The translations under genes were made by a program, and so were the position numbers. From assembly GCA_964524105.1 (NCBI GenBank), contig CAZGBX010000003.1, positions 1-59,923 of the forward strand: 59,923 nucleotides of DNA. The letters are read 5' to 3'. Shown one piece after another: positions 1 through 8,574 of the stretch. The stretch comes from Candidatus Woesearchaeota archaeon. Its GTDB lineage: Archaea > Nanobdellota > Nanobdellia > SCGC-AAA011-G17 > GW2011-AR18. The first letter of the stretch is position 1. Every line of letters begins with the position of its first letter. The notes under the pieces were generated by a model. The model saw nothing but the letters and a program-made list of their open reading frames with translations, had not been told where the DNA came from and did not search any database.

Positions 1-116
1 TGTGGAAGCCCTCTTCGAGTCCTTTGGTATGTTACTAAGTCTGTAACTTTTCTTCTGTCTCTTTGACCATTAATTGCCATTAACAAATCAAGTTGTAGTT
101 CATCTCTCATGTCCAT
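1..116 (-). CDS. 5' part of an ORF running off the left edge (MDMRDELQLDLLMAINGQRDRRKVTDLVTYQRTRRGLP...), function unknown
   Basis: Open frame from the ATG at 116 (or 110) to position 1, starting about 10 nt after the rpoD stop. Arg-rich like the atypical ORF set. Too short to assign. Confidence 0.2.
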   Translation of the reverse strand, partial: MDMRDELQLDLLMAINGQRDRRKVTDLVTYQRTRRGLP

Positions 117-126
117 TTTGTCATCA

Positions 127-903
127 CTATTTTGTGGATTTTAATTTTTCAGCGAAGAGGTTAAGCTTTTCATCCAGTACGTCCAAGCTCCTTTGTAACA
201 TCTCCTCGCATGAAATTTTACCCTTTGATTCTATTGTAAATATGAAGTCAGTTTCACTGTTCTTAATTTCTATTTCGTGTTCTTTACAAATTTGTTCGTG
301 TGCTTCGTTCCATTTGTCTAAGTCTTTTACAATTAATGTATTGCCTTTTTCTTCTAGTAAATTGTCACAAGATTTAATGCAATCTTTAACTTGGACTTTT
401 TTATTGATAGTGAATTCTGGATAACCTCTGTAGTAAGCTAAACCTGGAGAATATTTTATGTGATCTTTTCCTTTTCCAAGAATAACTTTAGCTTCAAACT
501 GAAGTTCTTGACCTTTAAGTAATTTAACAATTGGGATTTTTCCTTCAGCAGGTTTAACTTCTGGGTCTTGAATTTTTAAGTCTTGAGAATAAACTGTGAT
601 AGGCCCTTCTGAGTTTAGGCTCATTATTGTTTGACATTTTGCACAACCTTCGTTTTTACAAGTGCATTTTTCAGGTAGTGTATATGAATTTAAGTCAGTG
701 ATTAAAGGAACCATTGCTAATCTGTGTGCTATAATCTCATCAAATAGGGCAGAAGTGTTTTTACTTAAGCTAACTTCTTTAACTGCTAGAGTTGGAACTT
801 CCGTCATGATTATTCTTCTTAAGGTGTTTACAAAAACATAGTTTGAGCCCTTAATTAGTAGTTTTAGCTCGTCTTTTGAACTTGATAGCTTGGTAATATC
901 CAT
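127..903 (-). CDS. rpoD: DNA-directed RNA polymerase subunit D (Rpo3)
   Basis: 258 aa. Rpo3/RpoD-like N-terminus (FVNTLRRIIMTEVPT), Cys cluster CTCKNEGCAKC, and the canonical S13-S4-S11-rpoD gene order. Confidence 0.85.
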   Translation of the reverse strand: MDITKLSSSKDELKLLIKGSNYVFVNTLRRIIMTEVPTLAVKEVSLSKNTSALFDEIIAHRLAMVPLITDLNSYTLPEKCTCKNEGCAKCQTIMSLNSEGPITVYSQDLKIQDPEVKPAEGKIPIVKLLKGQELQFEAKVILGKGKDHIKYSPGLAYYRGYPEFTINKKVQVKDCIKSCDNLLEEKGNTLIVKDLDKWNEAHEQICKEHEIEIKNSETDFIFTIESKGKISCEEMLQRSLDVLDEKLNLFAEKLKSTK

Positions 904-925
904 AGGGTTTTGGGAAGGATGAGTC

Positions 926-942
926 TTTTTAAAGGTTTTGGT
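926..942 (-). promoter_or_regulatory. TATA/BRE-like promoter core upstream of rpoD (copy 1 of a shared 17-mer)
   Basis: tttttaaaggttttggt, about 25 nt upstream of the rpoD ATG (903). The same 17-mer recurs at 2497-2513 and 11890-11906. Confidence 0.5.
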
Positions 943-947
943 GGAAA

Positions 948-1400
948 TTAGACTCTTCGTCCTCTTTTACCGCCTTTCTTCCTACAACCACCGTGAGGTA
1001 CTGTAGTGACTTCTTCGATAACTCCAATTCTTAATCCTAATCTAGAAAGTGCTCTAACTGCTGCGTTTGCACCAGGGCCAGTATTCATCGGACCGTTATG
1101 TCCGCCAGGTGCTCTGATCCTAATATGTAATGCTGTAATTCCTTTTTCTTTAGCTTGTTCTGCTGCAAGTTTAGCTGCTGACATTGCTGCAGTTGGAGAT
1201 GATTCCATTCTGTGGGCTTTAACAACCATACCACCTGAAGCTTTAGCTAAAGTTTCGCAACCAGTTAAATCAGTAATATGAATAATTGTGTTATTGTAAG
1301 ATGCATAGATGTGGGCAATTGCCCATTTCAAATCTTTAGGATGATCAAACATTTTTCTTCTGAATGGTTTTCTTTTCCTATCTTCCATTTTATGCTTCAA
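948..1400 (-). CDS. rps11: 30S ribosomal protein S11 (uS11)
   Basis: Motifs [16 protein letters not shown] and [19 protein letters not shown]. The start may be the internal Met at 1388, which avoids overlap with S4. Confidence 0.9.
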   Translation of the reverse strand: MKHKMEDRKRKPFRRKMFDHPKDLKWAIAHIYASYNNTIIHITDLTGCETLAKASGGMVVKAHRMESSPTAAMSAAKLAAEQAKEKGITALHIRIRAPGGHNGPMNTGPGANAAVRALSRLGLRIGVIEEVTTVPHGGCRKKGGKRGRRV

Positions 1401-2010
1401 CCTTCTCCTCTTTCTTTACTACCTCTTTGAATTCATCACCTAACTTTTCTTCTTCAACTTTTTCTTCTTTTGATTTACTTTTCTTTTCACCTTTAGTTCT
1501 TTCAGCATGTTTTTCATTAAATAAACTTGAACTGTTAATGTAACTTAGTTTTTCTTCTAGTTCTCTTGAAACTAAATAAGAAGGAACTGTGATTTTTTTG
1601 CCATTAACAGCAATGTGGCCGTGAACAATAAATTGTCTTGCTTGTTTGGATGATCTTGCGAATCCTTTCTTAAGTACAATTGTTTGTAATCTTCTTTCTA
1701 ATAAATCAAATAAACTCAAGTCTAGAACGTTCTCTAACTGAGCATCTTTTTCTAATAATTTTAATTTGAATAATCTTTCTAAAAGTTGTTTTTCTTCTAC
1801 AGGTGCTTGTTTTGAACCTTTAATTCTGTCCCTGATTAATTTTTTAGCATGGGAAGCAATTCTTTTTATTTCAGAATTAGCACGCATGATTTCTTTCTTA
1901 TTTTTTAAGCCAAAACTTCTAACGATTTTCCTTTCTTCTTCTATTCTTTCTTTTACCCATGGTTTCTTGGGTGTTTTATATTTCTTTTTAGGTTTTCTTG
2001 GGTCGCCCAT
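1390..2010 (-). CDS. rps4: 30S ribosomal protein S4 (uS4)
   Basis: N-terminal [18 protein letters not shown] and an S4 RNA-binding domain ([36 protein letters not shown]). Confidence 0.9.
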   Translation of the reverse strand: MGDPRKPKKKYKTPKKPWVKERIEEERKIVRSFGLKNKKEIMRANSEIKRIASHAKKLIRDRIKGSKQAPVEEKQLLERLFKLKLLEKDAQLENVLDLSLFDLLERRLQTIVLKKGFARSSKQARQFIVHGHIAVNGKKITVPSYLVSRELEEKLSYINSSSLFNEKHAERTKGEKKSKSKEEKVEEEKLGDEFKEVVKKEEKVEA

Positions 2011-2012
2011 TT

Positions 2013-2474
2013 TTATCCTTTCTTACTCTTCTTTGATTTTTTCATAACACCAACACTCTTTCCTTTTCTGAAGTTTCCTCTTGTTCTTTGGCCCCTCACA
2101 GGTAAGCCCCAAGAATGTCTCATACCAGTATAAGATTTGTTTTTTCTTAGTCTTTTAATATCAAAATCTTTTGTTAATTTTAGTTTTGAACTTGTTAAGT
2201 GCTTGTCTTCACCAGACTCTAGATCTTTTGATCTGTTAAAATTCCATTTTGGAATTCCTTTTGGTTGTTTAATGAATTCATTTAACTTTGATGTTTCTTC
2301 TTCAGATAATGTTCCTGCTTTTTTATTTATGTTAATATTAAGTGCTTTACAAACTGCATGAGCAAAATTGTGACCAACACCTTTAATTTTTGTTAGTGCT
2401 AGAACTAAGGGTTTTCGACCAATTAGATCAGCGTCAGCTACTCTCACAAAGTGTTTAATTTTCTGTTCTGTCAT
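2013..2474 (-). CDS. rps13: 30S ribosomal protein S13 (uS13)
   Basis: LTKIKGVGHNFAHAVC and SWGLPVRGQRTR motifs; operon position. Confidence 0.9.
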   Translation of the reverse strand: MTEQKIKHFVRVADADLIGRKPLVLALTKIKGVGHNFAHAVCKALNININKKAGTLSEEETSKLNEFIKQPKGIPKWNFNRSKDLESGEDKHLTSSKLKLTKDFDIKRLRKNKSYTGMRHSWGLPVRGQRTRGNFRKGKSVGVMKKSKKSKKG

Positions 2475-2496
2475 CCTATTTTGGGATTTTGGAGGG

Positions 2497-2513
2497 TTTT
2501 TAAAGGTTTTGGT
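2497..2513 (-). promoter_or_regulatory. TATA/BRE-like promoter core upstream of the S13 operon (copy 2 of the shared 17-mer)
   Basis: tttttaaaggttttggt, about 25-30 nt upstream of the S13 ATG (2474). Confidence 0.5.
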
Positions 2514-2525
2514 GAGAATCTAGAA

Positions 2526-3077
2526 CTATCTAACAAATAAGTAATATTTCTCTTCTCCTTCCATTTCTTGAAGGACTCTTTTAATTATAGCTGATTTTGG
2601 ATCTGGTAGTAACTTGACTCTTGATTTCATGTCTTCAAGGCTTTCAAATTCTTTTTCATCTCTAGCTTCTAATATCTGTAACATGTGTTTCTTTCCAAAT
2701 CCTGGTAACAGTTCAATTTGGTGTCTTCTCATATTGATAGGTCCAGCTTTATTGAAGAAATCTACGAATCTCTTTTCTTTCTTGTCTATTAATTCCTTAA
2801 CAATAAACTCAACTTCTTTTCTAGCAGTAGCTGTTAGTTTAGATAGCTTTAACCTGCCTGAGATATGATGTATCTTTTCTCTTTTCCCTTCTCCAACGTA
2901 AACTTTCTCATTTGGTTGTAAAAAAATTTCCCTTTTAGGAACTAATTCTAATAATCCTAAGAAATCTTCACCTATTGCTTGAGCAACTGAGTTTTTTTTG
3001 TGAGACGGCCGACTATCAAAAGGGTATCCGTGTTGTAGGAAGTCCAAGATAATTGCATATTCTTCTTTTGCGGCCAT
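2526..3077 (-). CDS. DUF655/COG1491 putative RNA-binding protein (OB fold plus helix-hairpin-helix)
   Basis: EEYAIILDFLQHGYP...AQAIGEDFLGLLELVPK...RRHQIELLPGFGKK pattern, typical of the archaeal DUF655 family. Conserved neighbourhood with rpoF and L21e. Confidence 0.75.
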   Translation of the reverse strand: MAAKEEYAIILDFLQHGYPFDSRPSHKKNSVAQAIGEDFLGLLELVPKREIFLQPNEKVYVGEGKREKIHHISGRLKLSKLTATARKEVEFIVKELIDKKEKRFVDFFNKAGPINMRRHQIELLPGFGKKHMLQILEARDEKEFESLEDMKSRVKLLPDPKSAIIKRVLQEMEGEEKYYLFVR

Positions 3078-3094
3078 TTTCTCTTTGTAACATT

Positions 3095-3439
3095 TTATGC
3101 GTGCTTCTTAACGATCTCTATAATTTTGTTTAAGTCGTCTTGTTTTAATGTAAGGTTTTCACCTGTAAGTATAGTCTTTAAGGTGTCTGAATCTAATGGA
3201 AGTAAATCCATTATCTTAACCATGTGTCTTTCTTTTAGTCTTGAAATGTCTAAACCTTCAAGGGCTTTTTTCATTTCTTTTGCATCTTTTGATTTTAAAA
3301 TGTCAAATCCTGTGACGTATTCAACAACTTTATTCTCTCTGAAATTAAGTTCCTTTTTTTTCTTTTTCGTTTTATCTAAATGTTCTTTCAATTCTGTTAA
3401 TGATATTGATCTTTTGTTTACGATTTCTACTTCGCTCAT
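3095..3439 (-). CDS. rpoF: RNA polymerase subunit F (Rpo4)
   Basis: 114 aa, Rpo4-like size and helical pattern. 4-nt overlap with L21e upstream; conserved L21e-rpoF order. Confidence 0.65.
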   Translation of the reverse strand: MSEVEIVNKRSISLTELKEHLDKTKKKKKELNFRENKVVEYVTGFDILKSKDAKEMKKALEGLDISRLKERHMVKIMDLLPLDSDTLKTILTGENLTLKQDDLNKIIEIVKKHA

Positions 3440-3729
3440 TTTCTATTTTTTATCAGGTGAACCGGGTGTAGGATTAAAGTCTTTATGCTCTTGAAATCTC
3501 TTATTGAAACTTCGTAACACTTACCTTTCTTTCCAACTACTTTACCTGCTTTACCATGGAACCTTGAATGGTACATTCCTTTTTGGTATGCTGGCTCTGC
3601 TTTCAAGGTCACTTTGTCACCTTTTGTGAACTTTTGAAAAAACTGAGTTAAAGAGATTTTACCTTTTTCTCTAATGTTTTTCCTGAACTTGTGCCTTGAT
3701 TTTCTTCTAGTTCTGCCTGTCCTTTGCAT
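3436..3729 (-). CDS. rpl21e: 50S ribosomal protein L21e
   Basis: MQRTGRTRRKSRHKFRK...GDKV...YHSRFHGKAGKVVGKKGKCYEV, an L21e signature. Confidence 0.9.
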   Translation of the reverse strand: MQRTGRTRRKSRHKFRKNIREKGKISLTQFFQKFTKGDKVTLKAEPAYQKGMYHSRFHGKAGKVVGKKGKCYEVSIRDFKSIKTLILHPVHLIKNRK

Positions 3730-3764
3730 AGTGAGATTAAGAAGTATGGCGGTATTTATAAAGC

Positions 3765-4052
3765 TTATTCTTTGGGTTCTAGGCCCTTTAACACTTTATT
3801 TATAGCGAAGAAGAGATTATAGTCTGTTGATTCGGATTGTTGGATTTTCCCATCTAAATCTAGTTTTCCAGAGATCTCGAATTGGTTGCTTGAATGGACG
3901 TGTTTTAGGGTTAAGTGTAGTAGAGACATTTTTTGGTTTAAAGTATCTAGTCTCTTGACGTGATTACCCACCATTTTCTTAACTACTATTAATTTAGCTG
4001 GTTCTAAGTCTGAGAATCCTGATAACTGAATATTTCCCCCTAGCTCAAGCAT
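3765..4052 (-). CDS. Small protein with an HPF/RaiA (S30AE) ribosome-hibernation-factor-like sequence pattern (tentative)
   Basis: 95 aa. NIQLSG...LEPAKLIVVKKMVGNHVKRLD...LHLTLKHV...FEISGKLDLDGKIQQSESTDYNLFFAINKVLKGLE follows the beta-alpha-beta3-alpha pattern of YfiA/HPF. Confidence 0.35.
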   Translation of the reverse strand: MLELGGNIQLSGFSDLEPAKLIVVKKMVGNHVKRLDTLNQKMSLLHLTLKHVHSSNQFEISGKLDLDGKIQQSESTDYNLFFAINKVLKGLEPKE

Positions 4053-4112
4053 ATAAGATAACCCCCATCTAATCTTGGGAATGGTAGAATATATAATTTT
4101 CTATTCTGTGGA

Positions 4113-5762
4113 TTATAGTTGTTTTGACATGTAAATGCCGTCTTTTTTATACCCTAATTTCTTGTAGTATTCCTTAACTCCAATACCTGAAATTACTAGA
4201 ATTTTCTTTGCTTTGAACTTTTCTCTTGCTATTCTTTCTGCTTCTTGCATTAATTTTTTTCCTAAACCTTTATGTTGGATTGAACCTTCTCCTTTAACTT
4301 TTGAAGCTTGACCGTAAGTGTGAAGTTCCCTTACTCCAACTGAATCTTTTGTGATTTCTTTTCTGAAAGGTTTGTATGGTTTTCTTAATCTTAAGAATGC
4401 CAATAAATTATCTTCTGATTCAAATGATAGGAAAACTTCTTTTCCATTAGATGAATCGTAGTCTATTCTTTTTAGTTCTAATTTTTTTAAGTTGATGTCT
4501 TTGTTTTTTGGTTCTCTACATCTGATACATCTGCAGTTTGCTTTAATGTATTGTCTTAAGTTGGTTCTGTCAACACCTGCTTCTGTAAATTTCGTTGGGA
4601 TGTCTCTTTGCACTCTGTAAACTCTACAGTAAGGTTCAATGAAACTTTTTCCTTGTTTGATTATTTCTGTAGCTCGTTCTGTTGTTAAAGGTTTGAATTT
4701 TCCTTCTTTGTATTCTTTGAATAAAGGTGTTCCAGGCATTACCATACAAGGGTAGATTTTTAATCCGTCAGGCCTGTAGTCTTGGTTCTGAAAGTATTCT
4801 TTGAAACAATTAATGTCCATTTCTTTAGATGTACTAGGTAAACCTGGCATTATGTGATAAACTACTTTTAATAATGAATCTTTTAGTAACTGAACTGCTT
4901 TAAGTGAATCTTTTACATCATGACCTCTATTAGTTTTCTTAAGGACATCTTCGTATATAGTTTGAACTCCTAATTCTACTCTTGTTGTGCCTTGTTCTAG
5001 CATTTCATTAATGTGTTCTTCAAAGCACCAGTCTGGTTTTGTTTCAATACAAACTGCAATTGCTCTGATGTTAGTTGTTTCGTTTTTAATTAATTCTTCT
5101 TGTAAGTTACAGTCTTGTTTTATTTTGTGAAGTTTTTTATGAATCTTATTTGTTCTTTCTTTATTGTTTTTTTCTCCAGGTAATTCGAAGAATTCTTTGA
5201 ATTTTTTGAAATTAAATTTGTTATTGTTAAAGAATAAGTCTGAGAAATCATTCAACGCTTTGAAAGTGAACTTGATGAATTCCTCTTGGTAATCTTTGTC
5301 AAAAGAAGGGAATGTTCCCCCTTGAACTATGATTTCTACTTTCTCAGGTATTTGGTTAAGTAAAATGTATTGTTCTAATCTGTTGAAAACTACCAAGTAA
5401 GGGTCGTAGTTTGCTCTTATTGATCGCATTGCAGAAGGTTCGTTACCAGTGTAACTCTGTGGGACGTCTCCGTAGAATGATCCTGGTCCTCCTAAACAGA
5501 ACGTGCATTTTCCATGTTTGCAAGCAATTGGTTTGGTCATTAAAGCGAGAGGAGCAACACCAGAAATTGTTCTAACTGGTTTTGTGAGTAATTGGGGGAA
5601 TTTTTCTTTTTGTTCTTTGGAAAGATATTGTAAGATTTCTATATTGGTAGGTAGCTTTTTCAATTTAAATTCTTTTGAGACATTTTTTTTAATATTTTCA
5701 AGTTTGTCGGTTTGATTCTCAAGCTCTTTAATTATTTTTTCAATTGCGTCTTTTCTATTCAT
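4113..5762 (-). CDS. elp3: Elp3 (radical SAM plus GNAT tRNA U34 modification enzyme)
   Basis: Radical-SAM Cys motif CKHGKCTFC and a C-terminal GNAT motif QHKGLGKKLMQEAERIA. The start is placed at 5762 (MNRKD), giving an ATGA overlap with the upstream stop. The ORF track extends it to 5804. Confidence 0.85.
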   Translation of the reverse strand: MNRKDAIEKIIKELENQTDKLENIKKNVSKEFKLKKLPTNIEILQYLSKEQKEKFPQLLTKPVRTISGVAPLALMTKPIACKHGKCTFCLGGPGSFYGDVPQSYTGNEPSAMRSIRANYDPYLVVFNRLEQYILLNQIPEKVEIIVQGGTFPSFDKDYQEEFIKFTFKALNDFSDLFFNNNKFNFKKFKEFFELPGEKNNKERTNKIHKKLHKIKQDCNLQEELIKNETTNIRAIAVCIETKPDWCFEEHINEMLEQGTTRVELGVQTIYEDVLKKTNRGHDVKDSLKAVQLLKDSLLKVVYHIMPGLPSTSKEMDINCFKEYFQNQDYRPDGLKIYPCMVMPGTPLFKEYKEGKFKPLTTERATEIIKQGKSFIEPYCRVYRVQRDIPTKFTEAGVDRTNLRQYIKANCRCIRCREPKNKDINLKKLELKRIDYDSSNGKEVFLSFESEDNLLAFLRLRKPYKPFRKEITKDSVGVRELHTYGQASKVKGEGSIQHKGLGKKLMQEAERIAREKFKAKKILVISGIGVKEYYKKLGYKKDGIYMSKQL

Positions 5763-6538
5763 CTTATTGTCTCCAGGATTTTTTTTGACTCTTCTACTGC
5801 CCACCCTTCTTTAAAATCTGAAAAGAGGATGTGACATCCGACAAGTTTACATTCTTCGACGATTGAATAAATGTGTTTGATCTTCTTCCACCCTTTTGAG
5901 ATTATGACGAATCCCACTTTGCTATTTTTGCCCTTAATTTTGTCAATTACACACCTATGATACACATCAAAGATATGTGCTCTAATATTTCCTCCTGCGG
6001 ATTGATGTTTGAAATTAGCTTGATATATGGGAGACACTTCTTTGCGGGTAATCTCAATTAGAACACTTTTCTTTTTGTGATTTAGTTCAAGATCGTGTCT
6101 GAATGAAGAAGTAAATACTCTTCTTGGAATGATCATCCCTTTATTTTCCAGTTCTTTGGCAAGATCTGCTGCATCTTGATCAGGGTAAAAATAAAACTTT
6201 TCTAGTCCAAATATTTGTGGGTTAAAACCTACCTTTATAGGGAAGCTTAGTTTGGTGTCTTTATGTTTAAGGTTATCTATCTCACCCTTATTCAATACAG
6301 ATTGTGATTTGAAGGAAACAGCAACCTCTTTTGATCTTGTAGTGAGTTTATTTCCATTTTTGTTGAAGTGGATTAAAAATAGCTTGCCATCCCTTATGAC
6401 TTCACCCCTCACATCTTTATTTAGTGATTTTAGATACTTTGAGAAAATCCTGGAATTTATCATTAAAAAATATCCTGCTTTGGGTCGATATCTGATGTAA
6501 CCTGTCATTATTACCAGATTGTTCTTTTTTTTAGCCAT
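5759..6538 (-). CDS. Hypothetical protein, translationally coupled to elp3
   Basis: 259 aa, host-like composition, no recognised family. The segment HDLELNHKKKSVLIEITRK is only weakly reminiscent of PD-(D/E)xK. Preceded by the conserved 31-nt promoter element. Confidence 0.6.
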   Translation of the reverse strand: MAKKKNNLVIMTGYIRYRPKAGYFLMINSRIFSKYLKSLNKDVRGEVIRDGKLFLIHFNKNGNKLTTRSKEVAVSFKSQSVLNKGEIDNLKHKDTKLSFPIKVGFNPQIFGLEKFYFYPDQDAADLAKELENKGMIIPRRVFTSSFRHDLELNHKKKSVLIEITRKEVSPIYQANFKHQSAGGNIRAHIFDVYHRCVIDKIKGKNSKVGFVIISKGWKKIKHIYSIVEECKLVGCHILFSDFKEGWAVEESKKILETIR

Positions 6539-6560
6539 AATGTGAGTAAAATAGTAAACT

Positions 6561-6591
6561 TAAAAAGTCTTACGCGGGGTTGGCAAGTGCG
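6561..6591 (-). promoter_or_regulatory. Conserved GC-rich element fused to a TATA box (copy 1)
   Basis: taaaaagtcTTACGCGGGGTTGGCAAGTGCG. It matches 25551-25581 except for the 2-nt spacer after taaaaag and one G/T difference. On the minus strand it lies immediately upstream of the TATA box, about 25 nt from the ATG at 6538. Confidence 0.55.
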
Positions 6592-6635
6592 ACCCTGAAT
6601 TACGGCTTAAAACGCCCGGAAAATTCTCGGTTTTA

Positions 6636-7583
6636 TTATCTTAATAGTGTAAATCTAATTACACCATAGGCAAGGAATAAAATTATTAAAGCTATGCCTT
6701 TGATTCTGTGTGTTTCGTTGTGGTTTTTATAGAAGAATGCTATCGCTGTTAGAGTGAATAGCGTCCAGATTGGGATATCAAAGAAAAGCGCTGTTTTTGA
6801 AACTGAGATGTTACCAAATAAAGCTCCTGAACCTAATGATAATAGTGGATCCGTAATGTTACTTCCAATCAAAACTCCAATTGAAATTTGTTTCACACCT
6901 TTGAGAACCCCTTGGGCAGCAAGGATTAATTCAGGTAATGAAGTTCCAACTCCAACTAAGAAAATTCCAACAAGCATTTTACTTATGTCAAGAATTTCTG
7001 CTAAACCTGTTGCACTCATTACGAAGAAGTTTGAACTAATAATTAAAATTGCAAAACCAACAATAGAAATCAAACCCGAAATGGCTAGAACTCTTTTATC
7101 TATTACCTTTCTTTTTACTTTTCTAATCTTAGGGACTTTGTCACTTTCGTTTTTATATTCTAATCCTAAGTAAATTAGGTAAATGAAGATTAACATCATC
7201 CCTTCTAAGAATGTGATAGTTCCATCTGAAATTACAATTGTCATGTTGATAATTGCAATCAATAACCATAAAGTTTCTCTTTTCAAAGTTTTTTCTTTAA
7301 TTTTTAAATTTGTGAATAAAGAAATTAATCCAACAATTAATGTTATTTGACTTAAGCAAGAACCAATAACATTACCTACTCCTAAAGCACCAACACCTTG
7401 TACTGATGCGTTAATGTTTGTGAAAATTTCTGGTAATGAAGTTCCAATTGAAGCTAATGTTAAACCCACGAATAAATTAGAAACTTTTGCTGCTTTTGCA
7501 ATTCCTTGTAATCCTTTAACTGCCAAATCTGATCCTGCAAGTACTCCAACTAAACTTAAAACGAAAATAAGTAAATAATTCAT
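6636..7583 (-). CDS. Ca2+/cation antiporter (CaCA, YrbG-like Na+/Ca2+ exchanger)
   Basis: About 10 TM segments and two alpha-repeat motifs, GTSLPEIFTN and GTSLPELILA. Confidence 0.8.
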   Translation of the reverse strand: MNYLLIFVLSLVGVLAGSDLAVKGLQGIAKAAKVSNLFVGLTLASIGTSLPEIFTNINASVQGVGALGVGNVIGSCLSQITLIVGLISLFTNLKIKEKTLKRETLWLLIAIINMTIVISDGTITFLEGMMLIFIYLIYLGLEYKNESDKVPKIRKVKRKVIDKRVLAISGLISIVGFAILIISSNFFVMSATGLAEILDISKMLVGIFLVGVGTSLPELILAAQGVLKGVKQISIGVLIGSNITDPLLSLGSGALFGNISVSKTALFFDIPIWTLFTLTAIAFFYKNHNETHRIKGIALIILFLAYGVIRFTLLR

Positions 7584-7619
7584 ATTATTAGATTTTGTAG
7601 AAAGGTATTTAAGTAAGTT

Positions 7620-8543
7620 TTGATTTTTTACATAGTAACTTTGGCTAAAAAGAAAAAGACGGTGAATGTTGGAAAGGTAATTGGATTAGTTGTTATTGTA
7701 GTTTTAATTGTTTTTTTGTTGTTAGTGCTTATCGGTACTGTAAGTAAAGCTGCTAAACCTAAAGTTGCTATTGTACATTTAGATGGACCTATTACAATTT
7801 CTAAAACTTCTGGGTTATTAGGTGGTGGTAGTTCTACTGCGGGAATATTAAAAGATCTTAAGAAAATTAAAAAAGATGATTCTATTAAAGCTGTTATAAT
7901 TGAAATTAATAGTCCAGGTGGTGCTGTTGTTGCTTCACAAGAAGTTGCTAATGCTGTGAAAGAGTTAGATAAACCTACTGTTGCTTTAGTAAGAGAAGTT
8001 GGTGCTTCTGGTGCTTATTGGGTTGCTTCTTCTGCTGATTTGATTGTTGCTTCTGAAGTTTCTATTACTGGTTCTATTGGAGTGTTAAGTTCTTACTTAG
8101 AGTTTTCTGATTTGTTTGAAGAGTATGGGGTGAAGTATCAAAGGATGGTTTCTGGAAATAGAAAAGATTTAGGAAGTCCTTTTAGAGATATGAGTGCTGA
8201 AGAAGAAGCTGTATTACAAAGTAAGTTAGATGTTATTCATGAGTATTTTATTACTGAAGTTGCTAAAAATCGGGGAATGGATGTTGAAGATGTTAGGAAA
8301 TCTGCTACAGGGGAGTTTTATTTGGGTTCAGAAGCTTTGAAGTTAGGGCTTATTGATCGGATAGGTGATAGATCTGATGCGATTGAAATTGTTAAGCAAA
8401 AGTTAGAAGTTAAAGAAGTTCAGCTTGTTGAGTATAAGCATTCTCAGGGTGTTTTAGATATGTTTAAGACTGGAGCTTATGCAATGGGGTTAGGTATTGG
8501 TGATTCTTTAGTATCAAATGAAGATTTTGACTTGAAAGTGTAG
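7620..8543 (+). CDS. sppA: Signal peptide peptidase SppA (S49 family, 36K type)
   Basis: N-terminal TM segment, SPGGAVVASQE, GASGAYWVAS, TGSIGV. There is no ATG before the TM segment, so the start is probably TTG at 7641 (MAKKKK...) or 7620. Confidence 0.8.
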   Translation: MIFYIVTLAKKKKTVNVGKVIGLVVIVVLIVFLLLVLIGTVSKAAKPKVAIVHLDGPITISKTSGLLGGGSSTAGILKDLKKIKKDDSIKAVIIEINSPGGAVVASQEVANAVKELDKPTVALVREVGASGAYWVASSADLIVASEVSITGSIGVLSSYLEFSDLFEEYGVKYQRMVSGNRKDLGSPFRDMSAEEEAVLQSKLDVIHEYFITEVAKNRGMDVEDVRKSATGEFYLGSEALKLGLIDRIGDRSDAIEIVKQKLEVKEVQLVEYKHSQGVLDMFKTGAYAMGLGIGDSLVSNEDFDLKV

Positions 8544-8574
8544 TTTTATAAGTTTTTTGTTCTGATATAATTTT

